A stretch of 53,200 bases of DNA, filler included, from Catajapyx aquilonaris (Eukaryota), in assembly GCA_000934665.2 (NCBI GenBank). It is 2 parts of 2 records of this genome, joined end to end, with 100 filler letters (N's around TTAATTAATTAA, not from the genome) between each part and the next. Parts side by side here need not be neighbours in the genome. Positions count along the whole stretch, not along the records: positions 1 to 26,621 come from KZ539303.1; 1 more part is not named here. The stretch is one strand, 5' to 3'. Position numbers and translations under genes: made by a program. The notes under the pieces are model-generated. The model did not search any database. It was not told the DNA's origin and saw nothing but the letters and a program-made list of their open reading frames with translations. Shown in pieces: positions 1 through 13,844 of the stretch (position 1 is its first letter; each line of letters opens with the position of its first letter).

Positions 1-730
1 CCGCACGCTCAAGATTACCCCGTGTGAATGTCGTTACAAATGCGATTGCGTTTGATTGATCTTTCGCCGCCTTACTATCAACATATAAACCATCTAAATC
101 AATCCCACTCTGCTGGACTTACGCAATAAAATTCCCAGCCCTGCCAGATGGAGATGTTTACTAACAAATTGATTTATATTAACACTACTGATGCACCACC
201 CCATAAATGTACCGTCATAATTGCAGCCGAACTATTCATTACTCGGGCTCATTTGGTTCAAAAAAGGCGGGTCCCATTCCCCCGCATTCATCACCATCCC
301 AGGGTCCTCCAGTTTAAAATTCCAAACAAAACGCTGGAGCCGAAATATATGACCTCTATTAAAGCCATCTCCTCAATTTGTGGGCGGGGACTGCCTTCCG
401 GGTGGGGAACACAAACCGGGGAATATTTACAGATCCTTCTCAGCAGCTTCCCTTCCGCCGCAGTAATCATATTAAAACCCGTTCTCCATGAAACGATCCA
501 TTAGCCTAGCACTGCCTGCCAAGAGGTGTCGACTCTGTCACTCACACAGTAAATTAGAAGCAATACGGAGCTAATTGCAAATTAGGGGGAGGGGGGGGTG
601 GAGGAGTAGGGGAGATGGCACTTGGGAGAGGAAGGTTAGCAACCTGTTCCAGGCTAACAACTGGTTCGGCCAAGGGGTTCTTCACCTGACGTCGGCCAAT
701 GGGGTACAAAAGCGCAGGTTCAACGCTGGA

Positions 731-810
731 ACTTGCTGGCTTCAATGTCCATTTATCACGCCACTTTCATCAGAAAGTGGCGTGATAAATGGACATTGAA
801 GCCAACAAGT
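731..810. repeat. Near-perfect inverted repeat (38-bp arms, 4-nt loop); foldback/MITE-like
   Basis: Arm 731-768 ACTTGCTGGCTTCAATGTCCATTTATCACGCCACTTTC, loop ATCA, arm 773-810 is its reverse complement with one mismatch. Confidence 0.95.
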
Positions 811-917
811 ACGAGTCTACGCAGTCTACAGCATCTACGAGTAGGATGGGCTGGATTACCCTGACAGTATGCAACCAACCTCACCAGGATCTTCAAGAGG
901 TGGCGCTGTCCAATGAT

Positions 918-1071
918 GTACTATCGGGTTCAAATACTTTTGGCCACTTTATCCTGGTCTTGAAGCAACCCTTCACAGACACACACACCTCCTTAACGTG
1001 GGGTCTGTGCGAAGGGTTGCTTCAAGACCAGGATAAAGTGGCCAAAAGGAATTATTTGAACCCGATAGTAC
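918..1071. repeat. Long inverted repeat (19-bp + 38-bp perfect stems); foldback/MITE-like
   Basis: 918-936 pairs perfectly with 1053-1071; 937-974 pairs perfectly with 1011-1048; 4-nt bulge at 1049-1052; inner ACAGAC/GTCTGT extends the stem. Confidence 0.95.
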
Positions 1072-4000
1072 CAGTACCATTCCTTAATAAAAATGATGCG
1101 AGTGTTGAGTTTATATGACTGCAATATTCGGCCCATCCAGATAGCAAAAATCATTACCAAAATTTCCATGGACCAACTCGGATTCCCGCATTGAAATCCG
1201 GCCACGCATATCTAGTATAATCCGTACAAACCGTATCACGCACACACTTCCTTGCATAATGTCCAAATTGACTCGGCCACACGCTAATCAGCATGGCCAT
1301 CGTCCTACACGCATTGCTCAAGGGTTTGGGCGTAATCTAACAATCTAGCACCTAAGTGAAGTGCAACAAGATATTGTGAAAGGGGGGGTAGACCGCCTTG
1401 ATATAGATATCCAAAAAGGAAGATGCTAACACTCCAAAAAGCAGTGCCGTGATGCGCACGTGACTCGAATCAAACATATCCGTGGGAACAGTCTCTTCTT
1501 CCAACCCAAGCACTTATAGAAAGGAATCAAAATTTGCATACGTATTACGCTTCCTGCTTACCCACACACCATTCCTGTCAACAATCGAAACGACCATCGT
1601 CAAGTATATGCATAGAAATTAGGTGGTAATAGTTGCGTCCCCAAAATAAGACGCGACCAAGGTTGTTTGAAAAGAGCACCCGCTTTCCCCTACCAGAAAG
1701 ACCTTGACCTCAATATTTCATGTTTTATTATGCGGCTACACCTGATTATTCTGCAGCTTCCTGTTGCATAGTCATCACTATATGTGAAGCAGCTTCCATA
1801 CACTGTCTTCAACTGGTCAAGTATCTGGACCAATTTCATCAATTGTTTCAGAATAAGCAAGGTTGCGGCTATCCCCTTCCAAAAACCTGACCTTGTCAGC
1901 TTCGGCCTCACAGGTGACCTTTGCCGGACTTTTGAGGTCCAGCCGCAGCCGGCTATCTCATTTTCCCACGGGTCCTGTCGAGCCTCGCTTTCACTCCATG
2001 TCCAAATCAGCATAACTCCTTCTCCCCCCAGTTACTGCATGGCCTTCCTGATTTTGGCAAGTGGACCAATCGATGCTACACCAACCGGGCTTTTCTCAGA
2101 CCACACTCAACAGATTTGACCAAAATCCCTGGCAATCCGCAAAAATGAAATGCTGCCAGAATTGGATTTGTTTTTTTTTTCATTCTTAAAAGACTTCAAG
2201 CTGTGACGTAATATTTTAGCCAGTTGACTCTGGAGGATTAGTTGGCCAAAATCAACTGGATTCGTGCCCATTTTCAGAGAGAATTTTTGGCTGTGGAAGA
2301 AGACGCAGTATGTCAAAAGGTGACAAGACTCAATTTACTGGGAGCCTTGTTTGATATTTTAAATGCATTTTTTTTGAGCAAATAAAGAACTAACACCATA
2401 ATTAAAAAGTGTCCTACATATAGGACGATAGGCATACAACCACAATAATTTTGTGAGTAAATCAACCTTAGACATTGTTGTAGCCCCACATTTTGACAGC
2501 TTACAGCTATATCGACATAACGAAGGTTATTCTCAGTGTATATTAATGAGGAAGCTCACGGTTCAGTGCATCATCGAAGTTCCTACGAGGTTAAATTGAT
2601 TATTCCTATACCACCTTATGTAAATGACAGCCCTACACGCCCTTCTGATTGTTCATCCTTTATAAGAATCCAACCAGAACCTGAAGGCCATCACTGTTAT
2701 TTGTGTACACTCTATATGAGTAGCCAGTGTATAAAAGACGTATGAGAAGAGGAGGCCAATGCCCCTGGTGCTGTGGGGATAGATGCCTTATAGGCGCGGA
2801 AATGAGCACGTCAGATCAATCCGGACGTCTCCTTGAGATCGAGCTCACGATTCCCTTCGTCGTCGGCCGAGATTCAATTATTGGCTGCCTTTTTCTGGCC
2901 TCCATTCATCCAAGCGTCCATCCCAGACATGCTTCTCTACATCCTGGCTGCTGCGGCACAAAGAATATCTGCTGGATGGGAAGTCAAATTGCATTCCCCG
3001 GAGGGAACAGGTCACTGACATCCCGGAATCTCTTTTTACGACGCCGGAAGTGCAACTGATAGTTTTATGTGGATCCTTAGGGAGTCATTTGCTAGAATTC
3101 GTGAATAGTGTAGCTTTATTGAAGCCCAAATGATAACTTGGGATAATTTGATGCAGTTCGTTAAACCGGTATGCGACTGACTTGTGAACACATTAGTCCA
3201 AGGGTTGTACGTGCATGGACTTAATGTGGTGTATGTAAGCTACTGTAGTAATTTGAATGAATTACACATGCTATGTTTATAAGAATGATTCAAGGTATGT
3301 TGATAATGATTATTGAAGAAACTATTGAATGCTTGCCACCTGGGGCGACAAATGAGAGCTGACTTGCATATTGTCATGCAGAATAATAAACAAAATTAGC
3401 GGGGTATATAAAAATGCAAAATAAACCGGCTCCGAGAAGGTGAGGTGGAAATACGACCTAATATTTGCTTCTGTACGGGTTTGATGAGGGTGCTGGACAC
3501 CTGTCCTTCACATGGCCACTTTCGATGACCATGTTTTTTTCATCGATGGAAGTGAAGGCTGAGAATAGTTTGATTCGACTCACAAGACAGTCATAGACAA
3601 CAAAAAAAAAATCACCCAATATGTTCATCATTTCCTTTTTGGAACTGTTGCTGGTGGTGACTGGGTATACTATAAATAACATCTTCAGCGACAGTCATTA
3701 ATATTCGATGGATACGAAGATTTTTGCGACACCTGTAACTCTCAACAGGTTGCTGCGGAAATTCCGTCAATAACATCATTATGAGAATTGGGCCATGAGG
3801 AAGAAATGACCTACTCGCTTTTGGTGAATAGGATATACCGCGTTATGTCCATATAGATCTGTCGGTCCATGTGACACGGTGGTGACTGGAAAAAAAAAAC
3901 AGGTCACAAAAGAATGCGAAAAAGGATAGCCGAGGCGGTTAACCATTACTGACCATAGCACCAGACAGGGAGGGGACGTCATGTCGCCCTCTTTAGAAGA

Positions 4001-4864
4001 CACCAATTTTAAAGTAGACTGGGCGACGACGACGACGACATTAATAAAAGCAGCGTCTCATTCATTCTTATTACTAACTTTCAACTTTCAACACACTTGT
4101 ATTCGCATGTTAGCTAAGTTATTGCGCTTTTGAGAGACTGCAAGGTGCAAGTCGGGAGCTTTCTTCGTTTCAAACATATCTTCTTTCATCACTCATGGCC
4201 CATCTCACACTTCCGTAATGCCTTTGGGGCCCAACCTGGTCCTTTTAAAAGTATACAGGACTCTGTCAATGTATATCAGGCAATGACATCAGGCACAAGA
4301 CAAAGTAGGGGGGAAACTACAGTGTATATATCAGGGAAGAGATAGCTGAGGGTCTGGGAGTTCTTCATCTTGGGTTGATGTTCTTATGTGCATAGTTTAT
4401 TTAGGAATACCACGTGTGTTTGCTGTTCAGTGGGAGGTAGAAGGGGCGATGTGTGGAAAGGGGGACCATGTGCACAATATAAGAAAATCACTCCTATTAT
4501 TTTAATCTTCACGACACAATAAATGAATTGGACGTACAAGTCAAGCATGCTCATTTAATTTTTGGGAAGGTGCAGGAGGGATCTATAAATAATTTATGCC
4601 AGGGGCTGGTTGAATGTAAACGGGTGACAAAAAGGCGCAAATACGTTTTTATAGGGGAGGAAAGGATGCGATATAAGAGTATGGAGTGGCATACTGGTAC
4701 TGTACAAGGATAGCGTCCAGTTCATGACTAATCTAATGGTTCGATACCCTTCCGTGGCGCGTGGGAGTTCACCATTCTTGTCTCTCTATTTTTGTAGGAC
4801 ATTATCTCAAGGATTTCTGCGATGCGATGGCAGAAGAGGGTCACATTTAAGAGTAGTGGCGTGC

Positions 4865-4928
4865 TGGCTTAGTAGTCAAGACGCCTGACTATACTGGCCA
4901 TCGAAATTGGGGATCTAATCTCGACTCA
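4865..4928 (+). mobile_element. Degenerate tRNA-like/SINE head fragment
   Basis: A-box-like TGGCTTAGTAGTC followed by AAGACGCCTGACT and a decayed B-box-like GGGATCTAATCTC; no intact cloverleaf. Confidence 0.3.
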
Positions 4929-7900
4929 ACATGTTCCATTTTAATAAATTTCCAAGAAACAGCAAAATAATCAGAACAGTAAATATACGTCTTAGCTCGG
5001 AAATTCCTAGGGATATCCACCACAACCATCAGAGTCAGTCACTTCATTGAACACATGTTCACACATGACATATTGTAGTAGCCGAAATGGTGCATAAATT
5101 GGTTTGTCATTCGGCATATCCTTATGTACGGTATGCTCAATGGGACATACCCTATTAAATAAGATGTACTGTACCAGCCTCATTTTTACATACTTTATTT
5201 TAGGACCACGAAGGTCTTGTGACATCAGGTCATGAAAACGCAACGTTTGAAACATTTTGAAACATTTTAAATAATTCTTCGTCACGTTGCTGTGGGTGAG
5301 GTTTTATCGAAGGTATACGTCCGAAAGCACGTGAAACACAACCGCCTATTAAGTCTTATCTCTTTCCATTTTTCCTTTCTTTTGCTTGAAAATTTCTTCC
5401 GACACTCCCCAGTGAGAAAAATATATGAATTCGATTGAGAGACTATTTTGAGGGGCGGACGACGCAGAGAGGAAAACGGTGAGCCGAATTCGATCGGCAG
5501 TTAAGGTGTCATCCCTGGGGCTAAAATCCAGGGGTTTCGAGGTATGTGAGTAGAATTATAGCAATTTTCGAGGGACAAGTGGAGTAGGATGTGCTCCAGA
5601 AGGGACTCCCAAAAGGTGGGATGCGTGTGCTGAGAAAAAGCTTCTGTAGAAGTCGCGTGCTATTTTTCTTCTATCGTCACTCCCTCCAAAAACCGAAACC
5701 AAAAACTACCTTCTTTGCCGATCCAGAAGCGGATTTGGCCACGGGGCAGCCTAAGAATCTTGGTTTCTCCCTCAGGCAGGGGCATAGTAGCTACCCCTAC
5801 ACGCAACTCGAAGTTTCCACCCTAAAAGAAATTATTAATTTCAAACCACAGAAAAAAAACTATCACTGATCTGATTTCACACAAGAATTTGTTAATTGCT
5901 AGTTACAAATCAGACTATATGTTGATTAGAAAACCGTTATAGGCATAGGTATCCTAACACCAACGCAACCCGTGTTGCTCTTCTGCAATGCACTGTGCTA
6001 GTATATCAGGATAAACCCCTTCCCCCTCCTCCCTCCCAATATATCCCAACAATCACAATATGGCCTAAAATGCGTGCATCCTGTGACCGATCAAGATGGG
6101 TCCGATTATACAGCCTTGACAACCAAGTCTATATAGTGTGATGAGGTTGGGAAGAAGCCGGTGGGGGTAGGGGAGGGGGAGAGTTGAGGAGAAAAAGGGA
6201 AAGAAGGTAACGTGGGAAAAGGTGGCCATGCGGCCAATCTTCCCCCAGCCAGCCCTATCTCCTGCCAGATGACCCTCAAGACAGGTAGCCACGATTTCAG
6301 AAAAAGGGGGCGCCTGGAAGACCTCATTTCCACTGCCTCCTTCTGTGATTAAGGTGGGGCCAAAGCGGTTCATTTGTCTCGCCGAATGTAGGAAACCGTC
6401 AGGACTTTTGGGATGCTCCAGAAAGCAAACACGTGTGTCTGGCAAATAGGTCAGATTCAATTTTTATAGACATTATGTCATCTTATAAGCAGTTTCCTGT
6501 CCCACACTCAGCAGGAAATGCTATCACCATTCACCTTGAATTCACCATTTCCCATATTATTTTTTTTGTGTGTGTATCAAAAAAAAGAGGTGTGAACCAT
6601 TGTGATAATCTACAAGTAGAAGACGTTGAAATCCATTACTTCCAGGTACCCTTCAAGCCTTTCAGATTCAATTATTGACGGATTGCAAATTTTTGCAAGG
6701 GGTTCGGTAATGATGCAAGGCTACGGCAAGGTCGTCCTGGCAACCTGGCCTAAGTCACACAACAGAACTCCTCCAGCTTGAAGGAAGGAAAAAAACAGCT
6801 GCTACGGGGGAGTAGAAGAAAAGATTCACCTCATGGGAAGTTTACCTCCTGCCAGAGCCAGCTGACGGGTCAAAAAGGAGGACAATATCAACTTTCTTCT
6901 CCTCTTCCATGGTTGCCAACTAAGTACGCCATCTTGCCACGCGCCTTATGCCTGCATCACAAAATGGCCTCTAGGCTATCCATATGACATAACCTTGAAG
7001 ATCCTAAGACATTCATGGGTATCGTCATTACTCGTGTTTGATCCACCTTTTTGGATGAAGATGGTCGTGTGACCAGATGACGGGGCGACGTGACAACAAC
7101 GGGAAGAGGTGGTCGTGTGGCGCCCATTCGCCTGGCATCCGAGGAAATGCGGCAGATGTCTGGAGAAGAAGAGATTGGGGGACTCTGGGCGCTGGTCAAG
7201 GCGAGATGAAGATGGGGGAGGAAGAGGAGGGGGGGGGGGTGGTTGAAGGAGGAGGTTAGAGGGGATGGTGAGCAGGAGGGGGGGTGTTCAAGTTCATTCC
7301 CACGCTCCCAAACACTGTTGCCGTACCTGACTTAAGAACACAGTTGCCACCTGCCAGGAGGTTTCTGGGATACAACGGTGTTTATGTGTTGTTTCTCGGA
7401 TCTAGGTGGATGTGCTGGAGGATTTTTGTTGAATGGATGTAAAAATATCTGGACGGAAATAGCCCTGGCATATTATAGCCAACTATGAATGACCAGTGCA
7501 CAGTTATTGTTGTCAGTGTGCTTTCGATGTAAATGCGACCTAATTTGATACACTCATGGGCTGGTATTATATGTAGAAATAAATATAGTTTATATTTAAA
7601 TTAGTTGAGGTACCGGTAGTCGTTTTGATAGTTCAGATGTATAATTTCCAGTACGTCAAAATTTTAGCTTAGATATAAACAAGACTTATTACGCTTGAAT
7701 ACAACGAAAATTCTAAACACGATCCGTCTATTCGCCATTATCGTGAGTTCCCACACTTTTGCTGGCATAAACAAAGGTCACAAACAAGCTCCCATATTAA
7801 GAAAAAAAATCAGTCATATCCAGCAGTAATATACTACATATTGTCTTGTCAAATGGGTATTTTCTGCCTACGGACGTGCCAGCCTCATACATAGTATGAA

Positions 7901-9229
7901 TAAATAGATCAGGCAGATCTTATACGGTTATACCATTACACGGTTCGATGCTTTGTTTTAGAGTCTTTGTCATAAGTGTTATTTGTTGTTTCCTCAAATC
8001 GCATAAATTAGTGGGATAATATATATAAATATTCCCCACAAGATTATACATACGTGAACAGCATCACCATATAAAGCAGGGCATAGGCAATTGAGTGATA
8101 ATTTTCATTCTTGTCATCTTCCCCTTCTGATATCAAGAAAAATTGAGATTGACACATCCAGGAAGGGATTCGTAAAAAGTCCAGAATGCGTTTGGGATGC
8201 CCCACCCTTCCCATCATCATCATCACCACCACCACCACCTCCAGCCCTAAAGGCCAAAACCTTGCAACCTTGGCTATCAACAGTGGATGCGCTTCTGAGG
8301 CAGAAGGAGCATCCAAGCACGGTCCACCTCCACCTCCTCCCCCAGTGCACGGAATAAGAAGGTGCACTGAAGGGCGATTTTCTCTGCCAAGTAGGCGAGC
8401 CTTGTACAAGATACCATGCTCCAGGCTGCTCCCACCTCAACCTATTCCTCAACCTCTTTGCCTGCCTTCGGGCGACATGCAGGGAAAAGGTCTACAAAAA
8501 CAAGATGGCTCTTCTCTCACCTTCTTTTACTTGCACTGCCCCTTATTCTCCACCCCTGCTACCTCATTCATCCAGAACACTCTCTAACTCAGAATCGACC
8601 TCAGATTGTGTGGGAATCATATGTGAAAATGGAGTGGCCCTGTTGGTAATGTCATTTTGACAGCCTCATTTTATATATGAAAATCGACAAAGTATAGTCT
8701 GACCAGAAGCTAAAGAGAGTTGGTGGGTTTTCCCCGTCAACCCAAAATCCCCCACCCCCTCGAAAATGCCCACATATAAGGAACCATTAAAATAACATGA
8801 CCAACTACAAAACATTTTGTGGAGTATAAATATGCTGCTCGATTACTAATTTTACCTGATCTGATACATATATGCTGCACTGTTATTACGGTACTTGAAG
8901 TGGTTCACACACGACCAACTCTTCTCAAGCCTGACTGCGCAACACGGAGGGAACTTTGGACGACAGTGGCGCCACAATTCCTGCAATGATAGACCCATTT
9001 GAGATACGAGTAAATATGGCATTAATATCGGCAGCGGCAAGAATTATTCAGTTTTTTTTTTTGCATTACCCCATTGGGAGTTACATCTCCTTTTAGGGGG
9101 GTGGAATACCACCATCTGGGTGGAACCGGTATACTAAGATAGTATTTAGTTTGTTCCAAGGGTAGGTAGGAGGGGGATGTGCAAAGTGCATGTGCAATGT
9201 CTCTAACGGTCATTTTGTGAACTCCCTCG

Positions 9230-9345
9230 GGTGGCTTAGTCTATCGGAAATTCCCACCCGAAATGAAGCCAGAGATGGCCCAACTCTGCAGGGATAAAGG
9301 TGGGAACCCCGGGTGGGGATTGAACCCGGGACCGCCACTTCATCT
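9230..9345 (-). mobile_element. tRNA-derived SINE-like fragment
   Basis: Minus strand reads GGTCCCGGGTTCAATCCCC (B-box-like); the 13-mer TGAACCCGGGACC at 9321-9333 recurs at 51998-52010. Confidence 0.35.
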
Positions 9346-12300
9346 CCCCGCGAATTATTCCGAAAATATCAGTATTTATTATTATACCAACATGTTGACA
9401 ATTCGCAATATAAATTTCAGAAACCTCTGCCACTAAGATCCAGTTGTACTGTACGAACGCAATTTTAGGTCATTGTAGTTTAGGCCTATGTATTATAAAT
9501 AGCCATACATAACCGGAGATTTTGCGTTTAACTTACCGTATACAAGTTGGGTATTTCTAAGCCATAAAATGTGTACTACAGCTGCAATAATAATGTGCGT
9601 TTAGAATCAAGTTTGGGGAATTTATTCCAGCTCGTACGATCATTGCAAAAACACTTCACAAGCTAATAAAATTACCGAACTGGACTAGCAGGTTTTCAAA
9701 AACAAATATGTATCAAGGCCCAATTTGTCGTACGGTACCAGCACCACGATTTAACGACATTTGGGTGCCGACATGCGAGAGAGGCAATAAGGAAAAACGG
9801 TCCCGTCTTGCAAACAAGTTGACCGTCCCCAAACCTGGCCTTATTAGAACAGCCTTGGAAAAAGGCCGAAACAAACGATCGTCGATTGTCAACGAGGCAA
9901 TATATCAGGCGCGTTAATAATTTTCGTGCCGGCTCCAGCTTCCGGAGCGTGAATTATTATTATACAAGCCACTAAATATAGACCTTGAGCTTGACTTCAT
10001 CGGATTTAGTAATAGTGGGAACAACACCAATGCATTACAAAAAAAAAAAGAGAGAGAGAGAGAAAATCCAAGGTCTGTAATTAGCTTCACATGGACTGTG
10101 AGAAAACAGATCCATTGTAATTGCTCCCAGCAGATTCGTCCAGAGGCACGAAGGTGTTTTGGGAGGAGAGAAATTGGTGAGCAAGACCCAAAACACACAA
10201 CGCCCATTAAGATTTCATTTGCATTTCACCTCATTAGCTTGTACCTTACATGAAAACGGTAGCCAAGATTGGCCTCAGGACGGATTCAAGATACGGCCTA
10301 TCCACTCATTATCATCGCCTTCTTTTTTTCATTTTTTTGGGGGGTGGTGGATACCTGCAGGGCAAGAGGGGTCCAGGGGTGTGGAAGGTAGAGGGGAAAG
10401 GGGGGGTAGTGGCCCACACGCGAATGGTCCCAGGAATAATAACTAGGCAAGGGAGTAAAGGACCCATTCCTCTACTTATAAAAGAGGGGAGCCAAATCAC
10501 ACAGAACACGTGGGGGATTGTCCTTTGGAATGGCACTCATGCAGGTTTTTTTTGTTGAAATATCAAATTATAAAAAAGGGGGGAAATGTAACCGCCATCT
10601 TTGGTGGTCTCATAGTCAAGAAGTTAGGAGGAAGAAGGGCCAGGTCCAAATATTCATTTCATTGTCATATTTACATGTGCATTTGAATTGTGCACAAAAC
10701 CATAAGAACATCATATTTTATGGCTTCTTCACTAGTCGACCACTTAGTATGGTAAAGTGAGTGAAAGGAGGACTCTTCAGATAAGGAGTTCCATGGTGAG
10801 TCCTCAAACTGGACACTGTGATAGCTCAATTCAACTACACCTTTCCAAAAAAATGTCCCAGCGATGACATTTTCAGCCCAATAAGTATCAGGCACAAGAA
10901 ACCTTCGAATCATCTATTGTGCACTTTGGCGTAGACAAAAATACAAGTGATGTCACAAAGTCAATTCACAAGTAACAGGTAGAAAAATCATTTCCTGCCG
11001 TGTAATTGATACTTGTTCGTTTGCATGCAGGCCCCAAGTGCACTGTACATTCTCTTCTTGATGTTAACAAATCCCTTGTTTCCCGTCCTTCGCCTTGAAT
11101 CAATCGGTACCCATTTAAGGCCAGAATCCGGCTCTTGCTCACTGACCCCACAAGTCCAACTGCTGAAGTACCCACAAATTAGCAGTATTCGACGCAATAC
11201 TTGCTATAAAGTCAAAAGCCAAAAATTCCATCAAGTGCAGCCCTAAAATGGCTGCAAGTCGCACGCCTCCAATCTGATTAGCAAGCGGCCTGGTGTGAAA
11301 TCTCTAATCCGTACAAAATGGCCAACCTTAATTCATTCCCACGAAAGGGTTTAAGAGGGGGGGGGGGGGTGCTTTTTGGTCTGAGGCGCAGTTGGAAGGG
11401 CAAAAACGCCCCTTAAAAGAGGCTTGATATGGACGCAGAAACAAGGCTGATGGGACATTGATGGAGCTCTTGTCTTGTCAGTGTTTTCCTAGGAAGATGT
11501 ACCTGAAGATAAAACCGGCGCCGACAACCAAAGGCTCCTTCACCGCCACCTTCATTTCAGACCACACCTACACGGTTCGTTCACATCGCGTCTCATTTAC
11601 AAACCCCCATCGTGTGGTGATCGCGTCTCAACAATTATTAGTCAATTCATCTCGTAGCTCCAGGAAAATCGTTAGGAAATTCGTTACCAACCTGGCTGCT
11701 ACTGGGGAATCAGGAAGGTAAAGGAAGAACCGGACCTATGGGAGCCAATGGCCTTGAATTTGATTCGGTGAAGGAGGCCCGCGTTACGTAACCTATGTTA
11801 ACCCACCGCTGAACTGTCCAGTTAGACGTCTCGTTTAGGAGGACATCACACGGTTGGCGTTGATCCTGACTGATGTACATCTTTTTCTAAACATTCTAGG
11901 AATTGCATGGTTCGAGAGCTTTGGAAAACTTGGGAGCAAACAGTCACGTCTTCTGCAGGAGAGAAAGAGGACGTCTTTCATAAAATAAAAAAGGGGGGCG
12001 TCGGGAGCGTCAAAAGACGCCGCAGCAGCTTCTCCAAAAGGAGCCCAAGTCCTCCCAACTGTCCCTTTCACAGGATAAAAAGAAGTAGGGGAACCCGCCT
12101 TAGGTAAACAAACATTTGTCTCTGTCCTACAGCCCAACCTTGTCCTGACGTCATTCACCACACCTTCCACACGACAAGGTACGTGCCACGAAAGAATTCC
12201 TCCTCAGCTGTACACACACTCGCACATTTCTCAGAAATGTTTCCAACACGCCAACTCCACAAAAAATATATATCCAAGTCGAGTGGGATTGTAGAATTCG

Positions 12301-13753
12301 GTTAATATTTGAAATCATATCGAAAGAATGTACTCCCAAAATCATGATAACGTTTAGGACCCCGATATTTCGACTGCCAATCCACACCATGGCATCACGA
12401 CCATCAGGACCAAAACGGTGGCGATTATAGTCTTTTGCTCATCCATGGCTTGAAGACGTGTGCTACGCCTACAGTCATCTTTTTTTTTCGTTTTCTTTCA
12501 GGCCATGGTTAATAGTAGTCGCGGGCTGTTTCAAGGGGGAGTGCTGCTGGAAGAGTTTTCGGCAAAAGTAGCGTGAGGATGGTGGTCCTGCCCTCCTTTG
12601 AAAGAAAAAGGCCCACCCGAAGAAGAAGGGGGGCGGAAAAAAAACCCCCGACCCTGCCCTTTGATGTAGATCAGGGAACAGAAAAGTGATCCCCCACCAT
12701 TTTTGGGCCCCTAAATATAGAGTCACGCAGAGGAGCAGACAGGACACCTCCCCCAAGTTCAACTATTTTTACCTTTCCAAACACCCCTCCTGTAATCAAC
12801 ATGCGAAAATTTATTCCATACCAAACCAGGACAATAAGTCATACCCAAACAAATCACTTGAAATGCCACCAGTGCCATGAAACAGTGGTCCACTCCTCCC
12901 CCAAATAAATGTACGGTAGCTGGCCACCCCCCATCACCTTAAAAAAAACAAAAAAAAAACAAAAAAAACAGAGCACAGGTTAGCCTGCCGCCAAACCAGA
13001 ATCGAAAGAAAGCCATTTTTCCCTCCAAAAAAAAAAACTAGCGTGGGAACCCTTAGGATACAACTTTTTGTCTCAGGTATTGGCCATGAAAATAGGTAAC
13101 CAAAAAATGGACCTGCAATGAAACATTACATAAACATTCCTGGGGCTACTGGACACTTTTAAAAAATACCCCGCCGGAAATAGCACCGGATAGTTTCTAG
13201 CTGTGAATATCATTTAGAAGTTTCCCCCAGTATGGTGGAGGGTACAGTTTTTTTTTTTTTTAAAGCAATGGGACGTGTTCACGCATCATCACCACCAATT
13301 TTCCGCCTCCTAATTGGTTCTCCCTTAAACCGGAAGTTTCAGTTGGAGGAATTTTGTCCGTAAGTCCGCAGTTAATTCCTGGGCATCCCTAATGCATTCA
13401 AGGAGAACTCACCTGGAGGTGTAGGAAGTGTGTACAGGGTGGGGTATACGCACGGTTCGATATATGTGGAGGTCGTACTCGATTCATTTTCATGGCCCTT
13501 TTGTCATTAATTAAGGCACGTCCCTAACATTGCGTGAATGATTCGAGTCGTCACGTGGAGGGTGTAAATTGGAGATGGAATTTCAAAGTGGAACATATCC
13601 GGCCTAAAATTTGGAATGCAAATCATATTCACCCTCAGTCTCGGTTGTTTGAACGCAAAATATTCGTCTGGGGAGTGGAAAGTATACCTTCAAAATTGTA
13701 AAAAAAAAAAAAAAAAACAACTTCGTGAATATAACGTAGCATGTTCAGTGGTG

Positions 13754-13844
13754 AATAAGCGCAAGTATCGCCGCCTGGCGGAGCTTTTCCTTTACAGTTT
13801 ACACGAAGCATAAGCTCCCTCAGGCGGCGATACTTGTGTTTATT
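13754..13844. repeat. Inverted repeat, 33-bp stem with 25-nt loop
   Basis: AATAAGCGCAAGTATCGCCGCCTGGCGGAGCTT ... AAGCTCCCTCAGGCGGCGATACTTGTGTTTATT; three G-T pairs and one C-C mismatch on the + strand. Confidence 0.9.

Noticed and set aside
1180..1220. Short hairpin followed by CTAGT, like a Helitron 3' end (similar at about 5965-6003)
   Set aside because: Stems are too short and degenerate; no matching 5' end or RepHel coding sequence.
6900..7210. Protein-like + frame broken by several TGA codons
   Set aside because: Could be a decayed TE ORF, but there is no identifiable motif and no evidence for selenocysteine or recoding.
8398..8420. LYKIPC peptide resembling a Penelope GIY-YIG start
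   Set aside because: Not followed by the expected CxxxYIG(Q/E)T motif; treated as coincidence.
148..10500. Many 60-130 aa ORFs in the left contig
   Set aside because: No recognisable domain, no consistent splice chain, many non-ATG starts; consistent with chance ORFs or decayed repeats.
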